A DNA stretch of 63,529 nucleotides from Octopus bimaculoides (lineage: Eukaryota). This document shows, piece after piece, positions 12,408 through 23,789 of the stretch (position 1 is the stretch's first letter; each line of letters begins with the position of its first letter). The position numbers and the translations under genes are program-made. The stretch is taken from contig NC_068990.1 of the NCBI RefSeq assembly GCF_001194135.2, forward strand, positions 10,050,281 to 10,113,809, in the 5' to 3' direction. The notes under the pieces were generated by a model. That model was given only the letters and a program-made list of their open reading frames with translations. It was not told where the DNA came from and made no database searches.

Positions 12408-13340
12408 GTAAGTGAGCACATAATTTAAAGCGCACACTTCACGATTCACATAAAGCCAAATGGATACAATTATCTACACATTCATTTCCGCTGTCAAAAC
12501 AATTATACCACTAATTTTTTATTCCACCGATTATCTTATTAAAGATGTAATGTGTTTTTTCTATTGTTCATACTGATACTTTTTACATTATTTTTTATTA
12601 TATATTTCACCAACATTATCTGTGCTTCGCAGAATGATTCAGATGCTGAAAAACGAATTAGATTCAACTGTCGCATGCAAATGATAAATTATATTATATC
12701 ACTGCTGTTAATTAGCCATCTATAGAATTCAGGAAATGAAATCATTTTCCCATAGGATATTCAACGTAAATTATAACAATAAGAAACAAGCTAATAATAC
12801 GCTATTCGATAACTCAAAACATATCACCACTTTTCAACCGAGATCTAAATTTGTTTAGCTATCAGACACTCATATTTTCACACTGAATCATATCAAATTC
12901 TTTAATCATTTTGATGCTTTTGTAGCGGTGTGACAGCATTGTACAATATATATTTTAATAGGAATTACAAAATGTGTTAAAGAATAAATTATTCAGCAGA
13001 GAAAGATCTAAATAAATCAAAAAAATTCTGTCTAACGCTTTTTAAGACTCATCTAAAGAAACTCAAAATGACAAAAATAATTTTACGTCATATATTATAT
13101 ATCAGAAATCAAAAGAAACGTAGCCGTCTGAAAATAAAGCATATCAATCAATCTCTTACATAAGTAATATATTCGTTTTCTTACATCGTCGGATATACAG
13201 AAAATGAGAAAATTTCGAGCAGAATGGCATTTATTTCTAGGCATGAATTACAATTTTCTAACAGCTCCAAAAAATTTCATCAGCTGCTTATCATTTACTT
13301 GAAGCTGACTCTCTATCTTTCTATCTCACTCACTCTTTCA

Positions 13341-13373
<33 letters not shown>

Positions 13374-14110
13374 AAACTTATTTGACCTAACTATAGCTAC
13401 ATACACGAAAATAAAACATTAAACTCTCTTATATTTCTTGATACTGTTCTCACATCCTAACAACTTTTTGGTTACTGCTTTATGAGTTCAGTATTTTTTT
13501 TTATTTGCAATATGTACATAAAACACACAACCATTTTAACAAATTTCTCTAAAGTATTGGTTTCTATGTTTAGGTAAAATCGAAGCAGGCATGGAATGTT
13601 ATAGATACAAAATACAATGGCGTAAAATACATAACTTAAAATACGAGAAAATGGAAATTTCCCCTAATTCAAGTGAAATTTTTGAGAGAGCTCAATTTAG
13701 ATAATAAACGAAATTTTTTAATTACTGTATAATACAACACACTTAACCGTATACGCAGGTTAACGACAATTGGTTCCATGTATGAAAACATACAGTAAAT
13801 GCAAGGAAACCAACAATATCGGATATATCTAAACAAAATCTTGTGAGATTAAATCAAATTTCTTTCAGTCCTGCATGTAATTTTATCTTTCAGGGACTGA
13901 ATTTGTAAAATATTTAGTTACTCTCACTACACGGTTATTTTGCCGTAATACCTCACACGTAACTATGCCTTAATAACATATATATCTGCTATACTTTGTG
14001 CTGTCGCTGTCGTCTGACAAGTATCTGTGTCGCCTGAAGAGATAAAAAGTTGCGTGTTACAATTTACATTACAACAGATCTATCTCTATGTGCATTAAAC
14101 TTTGGCTAAC

Positions 14111-14284
14111 TCATTACTTTTATAAAGTTATTATTATGGATATGTACTCGAAATCGATTGTCAGATACATTGTGAAGCACATACCCATAGCCTACGAGTA
14201 AATTAACTGTCGCTGTGATATTATTAACGGGTTCAGCATTATCCTCCATCAAATGTACACTGTCTGAAAGATCGAGTGATGCTT
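14111..14284 (-). CDS. Putative cadherin-like exon (EASLDLSDSVHLMEDNAEPVNNITATVNLLVGYGYVLHNVSDNRFRVHIHNNNFIKVM)
   Basis: 57-codon open frame with EC-like order (V-x-x-x-E-D-N / Y-x-Y-x-L / RFRV). Aligns by eye to the peptide at 21639-21749. Confidence 0.5.
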
Positions 14285-14299
14285 CTTTATGTTAACCAA

Positions 14300-16880
14300 T
14301 ATAGACGTTGATGTCTAGTAGTGACGTTCATATGATGACAACAGGAGGTCACCTATTAACCATGAAGTTATACAATGGAGGGAAATCCATAGCTGCTGTC
14401 TCCAGTTATCTCGTGGCGTATATAATTTTTTGCCTCTCGCCCGCTTTATATGAATTTTACTCTGATCTTCTCGTGTCTTGAATATATTCATGAAAGGATA
14501 GTGTTATTCAATCCATGGTTATAAGTACTACCACCCGTGATATGGAGAGTAGTTATTATATTGTACATAGTTATTACATTATATGATACAACATTATCTG
14601 CACGCGTTCTTCGACTCTTGTATGTAGAACACAAAGTTAGCCTAGCTAATTTCATCCGTATCTTGGTAGCTTCACATTTGCTAATGCTCGGTTTCAAATC
14701 GAATCTGGAAATGATTATAACTATGGATGATATTCCGAACAACTTATCATATAGTTTTGCATGCATATAATACGTTATACAATTCTGTCAACTTTGTCTA
14801 TTGGAATATATTCTTTTCTGGCGTAAAAAAAAAAAAAATATAGAATACCTTTAATTCGTTCCACTGTTTAAGAATACCACAATGCATTCTTAAACAGTAT
14901 GACATGTTACTAACCGTAAGAATTATGTGTTAGAGTGTCCTGAATGTTGCAAATAATTTGGCAATAGAAATAGCATTTTCATCCCTTTATTTAATCATCT
15001 GTACAATAAAAATGCAACAGCAAAGTGAGCACATTTCCCGTTGAATTATAAAATAAATCTATAGTTTGATCTTTAAAAACTGTTTTTGAAAGAAGAAACA
15101 TTTTAATAGAAGATACATATGTAATATGTAATTGAAAGTACGAATATGTGTCCTCTGTCCCAGATGTGAACAAAAAATAAGTGAGGAGCAAACATTCATA
15201 ATCATGATTATTCTATATTTGTAGACATGTTTGTTTTTATGAATAGACATATATTATTAAAACCTGGCAACAATACGGAATGTCTGAAACAACAATTTGC
15301 AATCAAATAAAACATGAAATAGAAATGCGGTGTCTCAAGCATGTTCTCTTCCTGGGAAATGAGATTCCAAATTAATATTTGATTTCTAATCGATGATTTT
15401 ATATCTTTCAACAGTAAGAATTCAGTATGCGAGTAAATATTCATAACGCATTGCATTTGTGAAATAGTAAGTAAATATCACCAAAATACAATAGAATTTT
15501 ATAATCCGATAAGTTATAATAAAATTTGGTTTTGAAATAAGCAAATATGAACATCATAAATCTAACAAGTTCAGAGAAAATTGTAATATGCAAATGCAAC
15601 TCCTTTGTATACACATCACGGACATTGCTGATGAGTTTAGAATTTTTTTAGAGAAATTAATACTTTAGGACTCTTCTGTATAACCTATAGAAGAACAAAC
15701 AATATGCAGTACAGGTCAGAATAAATCAACATGATCAGAGATAATATGCATGAAAGATGCATGAAAAAGAAAATAAGAATCCGTTGATAGAAATTACTTT
15801 GCAAGCTCTCTGTGCAATCTGTTGAATCAAAAGTAGCATAAGACAACATAAATAAATGCTCTTTATTATTTTATAAGAGGCTTGCTTAAAAGAAACTGAA
15901 CGAATATGTACGGATATCTTGTTAGAATTATTAAACAAAAGAACTCGACAGTATTTATCAGTTGAGACTTGCCTTTCAAATGAATGCCAAAGGAGCGAGA
16001 CATTGTATTCAAATTTTCCTATGAAATTTATAATAATAATGGTTTCAAATTTTAGCACAAGGCCAGCAATTTCGTGGCAGCAGTTAAGTTGATTACACCG
16101 ACTCCAGTGCCCAATAGGTACTAATTTTGTCGACCGAAAGGATGAGCATCACAGTCGAACTTCGTGAGACTTGAACGTAAAATGTAAAGACAGACGGAAT
16201 GCCTGTAAGCGTTTTGCTGACGATTCTACCAGCTCGCCGTCGTTTATGTCGGCCTAAAATTTTGGCTGAAGTCCAGGACGATCGGGGGGTATGGATTAGT
16301 CGTTTTCATCGACCTCAGTCTTCAACGGCTACTTATTTTATCGACCCTGAAATCTATTAAAGGCAACGTTGACCGCAGTGAAATTTGAACTCAGAATCTA
16401 AAGACGTACGTAATGCCGCTAAGCATTCTCCTGATTTGCTAACAGCTCTACCAATTCGCCAACAACAACATAAAGAATAGTAATAGTGATATCAACAATA
16501 ATAATGAGACTATGAGTATGGTTACATCAATTCGCTTAAGAAACCAAATGCAAATACATCACCAACGGTATATTTTGAGAAGCAAACAAAACCAAAAAAT
16601 GTGTACGTACAGAATATGCTTTAATTCAATAAATTAAATGAAAACATACTATTGAAAAGGTTGTTAGACAAAATTAGCCTGAAATAGGATTAGATTATCC
16701 TTGTAAATCCTTACATCTACTCTGATTATGTGAAAACTATCTGCTTGATGTAGGTAGAATATATTTTTGTCACAGTGTAGATCATCGGAACTTAGGTTAA
16801 TGAATTGGGTTAATGATGATAAGACTACTTTGTATTTGTAACAGTTATATTTCGATAAATAAAAAATAGTCTCAAGCAAC
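14300..16880 (-). pseudogene. Decayed cadherin-like coding fragments (TSTSILVNIK; RFDLKPSISKCEAT...DNVVSYNV; KISVHIRSVSFKQASY; FYLHQADSFHIIRVD)
   Basis: Cluster of minus-strand ORFs (14488-14766, 14991-15191, 15735-16058, 16664-16879) with beta-strand-like patterns, interrupted by stops, frameshifts and SINEs. Confidence 0.35.
16041..16465 (-). mobile_element. Two tandem SINE family A copies (~16041-16245 and ~16255-16465)
   Basis: Both end in ccagctcgcc-like reverse-complemented heads and share the gtcgac / tttgaact body. Confidence 0.85.
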
Positions 16881-17582
16881 GACTGTAAACATCTTTCAGA
16901 TTCTCGTATGAGAAATTGGCGAAAGATCTTGTAGAAATATATTCCTAAATAAATTCATGATATATATTCAAAATGTTTTCGTTTATATAGGCTATATATG
17001 TCAGTTATATTTAGTTAACAGCAAATAGGTTATTATTTTCACAAGATGCCACCTATAGACTGTAACTTAAAAAAAAAATTACATACATTCACAATATCGA
17101 TTTCAAAACAAGTGTTCGTAATTTATCTGTTTTAAGAAAGTGATTCATGAAAATATATTACAAGCCATTCTATGAAGTACATTGTACTTACATCGGTCTC
17201 TGTTACATAAACTATATTCGATATTTTATATTTTGCCTGACATGTTGATAGTCTTGCAACTTTCTTATAATATCTACATTTATCGATCGATCTATGAATT
17301 TATTCCTTATTTCACATTCTGATACATATTCAGCTATTGTGTCTGTTATTCATAAGATATTGGTGTCTCTTTTGAGTATAATAAAAACTACACTTATGTT
17401 AATAATTTTCTCAGACTGCAATCAGCATGCGCTCATAATCTATTAAATACCTTTCTTATTTTAGAGAATAGGTAAATGCAAACCTAATATTATTCCTATT
17501 AAAATATAATATGGTTGTAACATTTAAAGTAAGTAAATTACTCCATACGCTTTAATATGCAGTGATGCATACACAATGGTCG

Positions 17583-17968
17583 TGGAGGCGCAATGGCCCA
17601 GTGGTTAGGGCAGCGGACTCGCAGTCATAAGATCACGGTTTCGAATCCCAGACCGGGCGTTCTGAGTGTTTATTGAGCGAAAACACCTAAAGCTCCACGA
17701 GGATCCGGCAGGGGATGGTGGTGAACCCTGCTGTACTCTTTCACCACAACTTTCTCTCACTCTTTCTTCCTCTTTCTGTTGTGCCTGTAATTCAAAGGGT
17801 CAGCCCTGTCACAATGTGTCATGCTGAATATCCCCGAGAACTACGTTAAGGGTACACATGTCTGTGGAGTGCTCAGCCACTTGCACGTTAATTTCACGAG
17901 CAGGCTGTTCCGTTGATGGGATCAACTGGAACCCTCGACGTCGTAGGTGACGGAGTGCCAATACAACA
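17583..17968 (+). mobile_element. Full-length tRNA-derived SINE (tRNA-Arg-like head), family D
   Basis: Pol III A box TGGCCCAGTGG and B box GGTTTCGAATCC at 17595-17650, followed by a ~310-bp non-tRNA body and a short (ACA) tail. Confidence 0.85.
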
Positions 17969-18048
17969 CATACATAATGGTCACTAATTTTGTTCAAAGT
18001 CAGCAGCACACAACGAAGAGGTTGCGTCAATACTATTGACCGTCTTAC

Positions 18049-18132
18049 CTGGCGGGCATTTCATCTTCACAACCTTGATAGGGTGAAGGCAAATTTATCA
18101 TCATTGAGATTTTGAGCACAAATAGTAAAGAG
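18049..18132 (-). pseudogene. Exon-like segment with two in-frame TGA (LFTICAQNLNDDKFAFTLSRL*R*NARQ)
   Basis: Acceptor cttaatccag|C, consensus donor CAG|GTAAGA, exactly 84 nt. Stops at 18067-69 and 18061-63 in the cadherin-like frame. An alternative phase-2 frame is open (SLLFVLKISMMINLPSPYQGCEDEMPA). Confidence 0.35.
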
Positions 18133-18465
18133 CTGGATTAAGTGTCACTAGATAAATTATTCTCTTGTTTTCACGATCCTGCCTGATTGTAAAAAAAATC
18201 ATTTGAAGCATATAAGATAATTGATTAATATGACATTAATGAAATTAAATTAATCCGTACATCCATATAAGTAAACTAACATATTATGGCATATAAGCTT
18301 TGCTAATTCTGAAATTTTAAACTACATAAAAACGCATGAACACATAAACATATGTACATCAACATACACAGAAACACACCCACACACGTACACAAACACG
18401 CACACACATATATATGAAGGAATGGATGGATATATTTTCCATTATCAGATTTCAGGCTTCACTAC

Positions 18466-18521
18466 AGTCACCAAAGGGTGTTTCTCTTTCTGAATAAATG
18501 TGTAACACTCCGAGTTTCCAG
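18466..18521 (-). CDS. Possible exon (PGNSECYTFIQKEKHPLVT)
   Basis: Acceptor acgtgtcag|C, phase 1; donor weak (GTGACT or GTAGTG). Peptide resembles Y-x-F-x-x-x-E-x-x-P of an EC start. Confidence 0.3.
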
Positions 18522-18527
18522 CTGACA

Positions 18528-18632
18528 CGTTTATTATTAAGCTAATATCGTTTATTATTAAAATAATATCGTTTATTATTAAAATAATATCGTTTATTAT
18601 TAGAATAATATCGTTTATTATTAAAATAATAT
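18528..18632. repeat. 21-bp minisatellite, 5 copies (cgtttattattaaaataatat)
   Basis: Units at 18528, 18549, 18570, 18591 and 18612; generates the ILIINDI repeat ORF. Confidence 0.95.
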
Positions 18633-18661
18633 GCCAGGAACGCGGCGTTATACCCATTTAC

Positions 18662-18730
18662 GACTGTCACACACGCCATTCAACGCAGCTGCGTTTAGGC
18701 GTCTCATTTCAGACAAAGTTGAAATTTTGC
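18662..18730 (-). CDS. Possible exon (GKISTLSEMRRLNAAALNGVCDS)
   Basis: Acceptor caaattgcag|G, donor AGT C|GTAAAT, phase 1 to 1; splices in frame to 18521. Confidence 0.35.
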
Positions 18731-19798
18731 CTGCAATTTGGGTCTCAGATATAAACCAGCGTGCATTAGATTATTTACACTTACATCCTCGAAATAAACT
18801 TTCAGAATTTACCATATAAAGATGACATTTGAAACAAATCGTGTTTCTTTTGCTGTTCAATGTATATAAATATGGATGTGTATGTGTGTATGTCTTTTCT
18901 ATCTGTGTCTCTTGCCTTCTCTCTCTCTCTCTCTCCATATATAATCTGTTAAAGTCTGTCATACCGGCCATGATGAAATACCACAAGGTATAGAAAATAC
19001 GTATTCGCCTTTATATATTTAATCCTTTATATTGAACACTCAATATTTCATCTATTCAATAAGACATATTCCATATCTTCAATAAGACATTCAATACTTT
19101 ATTTCATTGTACCATCCATTTTTATATTATATATTGTATATTCCATATTCTATATCCCACATTAATTTTACAAGAATATAAATAAAACATAAAAAACAGA
19201 NNNNNNNNNNNNNNNNNNNNNNNNNNNNNNNNNNNNNNNNNNNNNNNNNNNNNNNNNNNNNNNNNNNNNNNNNNNNNNNNNNNNNNNNNNNNNNNNNNNN
19301 NNNNNNNNNNNNNNNNNNNNNNNNNNNNNNNNNNNNNNNNNNNNNNNNNNNNNNNNNNNNNNNNNNNNNNNNNNNNNNNNNNNNNNNNNNNNNNNNNNNN
19401 NNNNNNNNNNNNNNNNNNNNNNNNNNNNNNNNNNNNNNNNNNNNNNNNNNNNNNNNNNNNNNNNNNNNNNNNNNNNNNNNNNNNNNNNNNNNNNNNNNNN
19501 NNNNNNNNNNNNNNNNNNNNNNNNNNNNNNNNNNNNNNNNNNNNNNNNNNNNNNNNNNNNNNNNNNNNNNNNNNNNNNNNNNNNNNNNNNNNNNNNNNNN
19601 NNNNNNNNNNNNNNNNNNNNNNNNNNNNNNNNNNNNNNNNNNNNNNNNNNNNNNNNNNNNNNNNNNNNNNNNNNNNNNNNNNNNNNNNNNNNNNNNNNNN
19701 NNNNNNNNNNNNNNNNNNNTATATATACACATATATACATATACAGAAAGACACAATGTGGCATTATTTGTGCTTGGAAGTTTCTTATCACATAGCAG

Positions 19799-19924
19799 TC
19801 TTTAGAAATGTATTTACGAATGACTCTACTCGTCTAGAGTTTCAACTCAGTGCTGTCATGGAGGATCAAGAGCTGCAAATGCAGCAATTTCCTGCTCTGA
19901 CCACCGATTTTGTAGCAGTGGAAG
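19799..19924 (+). CDS. Possible plus-strand exon (VFRNVFTNDSTRLEFQLSAVMEDQELQMQQFPALTTDFVAVE)
   Basis: Acceptor catagcag|T, consensus donor GAA G|GTAAGT, phase 1 to 1, single open frame. Product unknown. Confidence 0.35.
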
Positions 19925-20829
19925 GTAAGTGCATTTGCACATTAGCACCAGGAACAATGAAATCTGAAATTAATTAGGAAAGTATACTACAGTTACTTGG
20001 TTCTGCTGTTTATTCTAAGAATTATGTTGCCAATCCACGAATTTTACACACAAAGGGATATAGATAAAGACAGTCACTGAGATACTCCACCCTTAAATAA
20101 GTGCAAACTCACTCACACAAAAATATATTCATATTTCAATATCAGCATCTGTTAGCAAGCTGTCAAGTGTATCATAATAAAATATATCCAGGATAATTTA
20201 ATTACAATACCATGATATCTTCCTGCTATATTTGGAACAAACAATTTTCTTTGAAACGATGAGCGATGTTTTCGGGACATCAGCGTGTATCTACTACTGC
20301 ATCGTCCCTTACTCACCTATTTATATGGAGGCAAACCTTATTTTCGTGAATTTTGATTGACAGTATGATGAATAATAGAACAGATACTGGAAATTCACAA
20401 GAACAATAATGATAACGTGTGCACTATCATGGAAACGCACCACGTCATGAACTTAAAGTTGGATCGCATAAAGTTTAACAGAAGTATCTGAAAACTGGTG
20501 AGGCTTAAACTGAAATCGATACGCATTAGTCAACGTTTCATTTCTGTTTTAGACATCATCTGCCCTCNNNNNNNNNNNNNNNNNNNNNNNNNNNNNNNNN
20601 NNNNNNNNNNNNNNNNNNNNNNNNNNNNNNNNNNNNNNNNNNNNNNNNNNNNNNNNNNNNNNNNNNNNNNNNNNNNNNNNNNNNNNNNNNNNNNNNNNNN
20701 NNNNNNNNNNNNNNNNNNNNNNNNNNNNNNNNNNNNNNNNNNNNNNNNNNNNNNNNNNNNNNNNNNNNNNNNNNNNNNNNNNNNNNNNNNNNNNNNNNNN
20801 NNNNNNNNNNNNNNNNTTTCTTATGATTG

Positions 20830-21330
20830 TATATAATGTTTACTTCTGTCCTACTGTTAACGTTAGCAGACAGCCCTCATACATATTGACTCTAGCAATA
20901 AGCTTCCTAATAAACTTCCAACGTCAATCTCAGACGAGCACGTTAAGAACTGACTGCATTTCCATCAAACGGTATTATTTCACTGACATTCCCTTCTTTG
21001 TTACTATAGATTTCACATTCTTACCTAAACTTTCTTTACTAATTACTTCATTTATAAGCCATTTTTGCAGAGCAACCAGGCGTCGTGAAGTAATCGTCTG
21101 GTAGTTGCTTTTTCCTTTCATTTGCTATTTACTTTGATTAAATTGCTTTCTTGCTATTTCTTTGCACATCATAATTATCTTTCTTTCCCTACGCTTTCAT
21201 AGCCCATCCTTCCATTTCTTTTACTGAGGTAGCTACTTCTTCCCCCATTCATATCGTACATCTCACGATCTCGCACACACTCTATCTCCTACGTGTACGA
21301 TGTACTTTTAACATTTTTATCACTTTCTTT
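20830..21330 (-). mobile_element. Degenerate RTE-like LINE reverse-transcriptase fragment
   Basis: Translations EEVATSVKEM, KGKSNYQTITS and KLIARVNMYEG resemble the 'EEV..A.K.MK', 'NYRPISL' and 'LI..MYEG' motifs of LINE ORF2. Confidence 0.65.
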
Positions 21331-21638
21331 CTCTATAAATGCGCACATACATACATACATATATACATATGTATGTGTCTGTATATGTGCGTATCTACAA
21401 AATTCCTTCAACAAGAGTTAATATCCCAAGTCCTTGTTGCAAATTTGATTTTAATAATTTAACTTACTTCATAATATTTTTATTCCATTTATTAAGTCGA
21501 AAGCTTCCTCCATCACCTTATTTCTCTCTTAACCCATTCTCTTCCTTTCGCTAAACTTTTCCCATCCTCAGGGTCTTTTTTTTTAATATCTTTCATACAT
21601 TTCTTGCTGTTTCTCCGGTTTTTAATTTCTTTGTCCAC

Positions 21639-21749
21639 CTGCACAGTAGGACAGAAAATATATCCGTATTGTAATGTATAAGCTGCAACGAATTTCTGCA
21701 GTATAGAACTTGCCTGATCATCCAGTAAACAAACGTTCGAAACACCAGG
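21639..21749 (-). CDS. Putative cadherin-like exon (PGVSNVCLLDDQASSILQKFVAAYTLQYGYIFCPTVQ)
   Basis: Acceptor tctcttagtag|C, weak donor CAG|GTGGAC. Peptide similar to 14111-14284 (VCLLDDQASSI...QYGYIF vs VHLMEDNAEPV...GYGYVL). Confidence 0.45.
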
Positions 21750-23231
21750 CTACTAAGAGACCGACTCGACCGACATATTAATATACGATTAATCTCTACC
21801 ATTCTTTCGACAGTTAATACAATCTATAGTTATATGTATGTGTGTATGTGTATGTGTGTGTGTGTGTGTGTGTGCGTGTGTGGGGGTGTGGTAATGTATG
21901 TGTGCGTGCGTGCGTATATAAATATGTGTGTATGAAAGTTATATCTGTCGTTATATATGTATATACACAAATGTCATATAGTCCAATTCATTCTTCAAAG
22001 ATATTCCCATTTATCTCATGAACTGACTCGCAATCGTTAATCTGAGTTGTCTGGGTTATAATTATATATGAATATTCGATTGTCATTAAGACAGCATTTC
22101 TTGAAGGCCATTTTTGATTCTTTCCTATCTTCCTTCATATTGACGTTATATTATAAGTAATCAATGAGACTTGATTATGTTATAATATGATTCTTACAAT
22201 GTATTACCAGTATACTGATCAATAATTAGATAACAATTCGATATCTGTGCATATCGATGAATACACACACAGACACACGTGTTTTTATATATGTGTGTGT
22301 GTAACAGTCTTTCTATAATTATCTCTTCCACTCACTCTCTCTCGCTCTCCCTTTCTCTCTCTCGCTCTCTCACTATTTGTCTTTCATATATAGTGAACCA
22401 TCGGTAGATCTCTACATTAACAGTTTCATAATTCGTGCTGATTCACAGCATTATTGTTATATTTGGAGATAATGTTATCACTTCGCTCATATTAATATTA
22501 CACCATCTGTAGTATTCTTTGCAGAAAACTTTGTAGAGTAACTATATATCCTAGGTTATGTATATGTTTGTGTTATTTTATTCTATCCACACTATTCCTA
22601 AATAAGTTTTGTAATACTTTATGAATATTGCATATAAACGCCGCTATTTCATTAAGTGCATATAAAATTCTCTTTATTTTTCCGTATCGTATCAGTTTCT
22701 TGTCATTGAAAGCTTTCTAAGTGATATTGATGTTCTACCAAGTCGTTTTCTGGTATATTATTTTTTCTTGTACTTCTTTTCTTTCGCAAGAGGGAAGAAA
22801 CGTAGGCGTTTGTAGAAACAAAATGACAAAATTGAAAGCAAATAAGGTTTTGTATGTCAGTTGTGGAAATCAGAGGTAACTAAAAAACAACGTTTGTTTG
22901 AAAAACAGCTTACAAGGACGAAATTCTTAATCTCTGAGCAAAGAAATATATTGTTGTTGTTGGTCTACCTCTTCTTCATCCTCTCCTTCCTCTTCTTTCA
23001 CTTGTTCCTCTACTACTACTACTACTACTACTACTCATTATTATTTGGTAGTCTTATTTTTATCACGTGCTTTGGCTGCACTACAGAGCGCAGCTCTGTG
23101 TGTGTTGGGTATATGCTGTGGTTTGTCATGGTGTTCTTATGTTCACAGTATTAAAAGTGCTTTACGTAGGATGTGTGCGGTGCCTAGTAGCGCGATTTTC
23201 TATATGTTATAAGCATTTGTAAGTCTTGGCG

Positions 23232-23625
23232 TTTACCTCTTCCAAGGAAGGAGGTTATGTTTTCATCGGCGCTGGTATGTCTGTCTGTCTGTCTGTCTGT
23301 CTGTCTGCGTACAAAATAACTCAAAGAGTTGTGCACGGTATTTAATGAAACTTGCAGAGAAAGTTGGTAATGACACACGGAACAGACGATGAAATTTTGG
23401 TAGTGATCCGGGATTTTTTATGGATTCTTGAAGGATGTTTCATTTATTATATTTACTGTACATTAAGTATTAAAATATTACGTACTTTGATTATCTCCTT
23501 TGATAACACATTCATCGTTTCCACTATGGTGGCATTGCTCTTTCCAAAGCTTATTTTCGTTTCTCTATTAGTAATTTTACTCGCGTATCTATGTTCAAAT
23601 GAGCTGCTTGGCGGAGGTCTGTGTA
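23232..23625 (+). mobile_element. Helentron-associated non-autonomous element (HINE/DINE-1-like)
   Basis: 5' acctcttccaaggaaggaggttatgttttc followed by (GTCT)n; subterminal inverted copy cttggcggaggt at 23607-23618. Confidence 0.6.
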
Positions 23626-23632
23626 GGATGAC

Positions 23633-23702
23633 ATGACAAGCCTTGACTATTGGGATCGACTCAAAAAGATCAGGCTTTGTTCCCTCCACCACCGCTGTGA
23701 AA
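23633..23702 (+). mobile_element. CR1/L2-like LINE 3' ORF2 scrap
   Basis: Translates MTSLDYWDRLKKIRLCSLHHRCE, resembling 'L.Y.ERL..L.L.SL..RR'. Confidence 0.6.
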
Positions 23703-23789
23703 CTAGCTTGCTGTTGTTATTGATGTATTATAACTGCTTCAGATAATTTCTATTTTTAAAGTTTTTTTTTTTTAATCATATGGCTGTAT

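Noticed and set aside
14537-14770. Plus-strand ORF with signal-peptide-like start (MIWRVVIILYIVITLY)
   Set aside because: The start is GTG, there is no splice or homology support, and it is antisense to a more pattern-rich minus-strand ORF.
14991-16058. CUB-domain interpretation (CRVLLF..KISVHI; YNSTGNVLTL)
   Set aside because: The resemblance is real but weak, and conserved CUB cysteine spacing and splice phases did not fit. Kept only as an alternative to the cadherin-like reading, which shows how ambiguous beta-rich patterns are.
17585-17660. tRNA gene
   Set aside because: A and B boxes are present, but no clean cloverleaf is evident and it continues into a SINE body; treated as a SINE head.
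18528-18632. CRISPR-like array
   Set aside because: Units are head-to-tail with no unique spacers, in eukaryotic context; a minisatellite.
18466-18730. C-type lectin/Link-domain interpretation of GKISTLSEMRRL..CDS
   Set aside because: No WIGL/WND or Link-type cysteine pattern follows.
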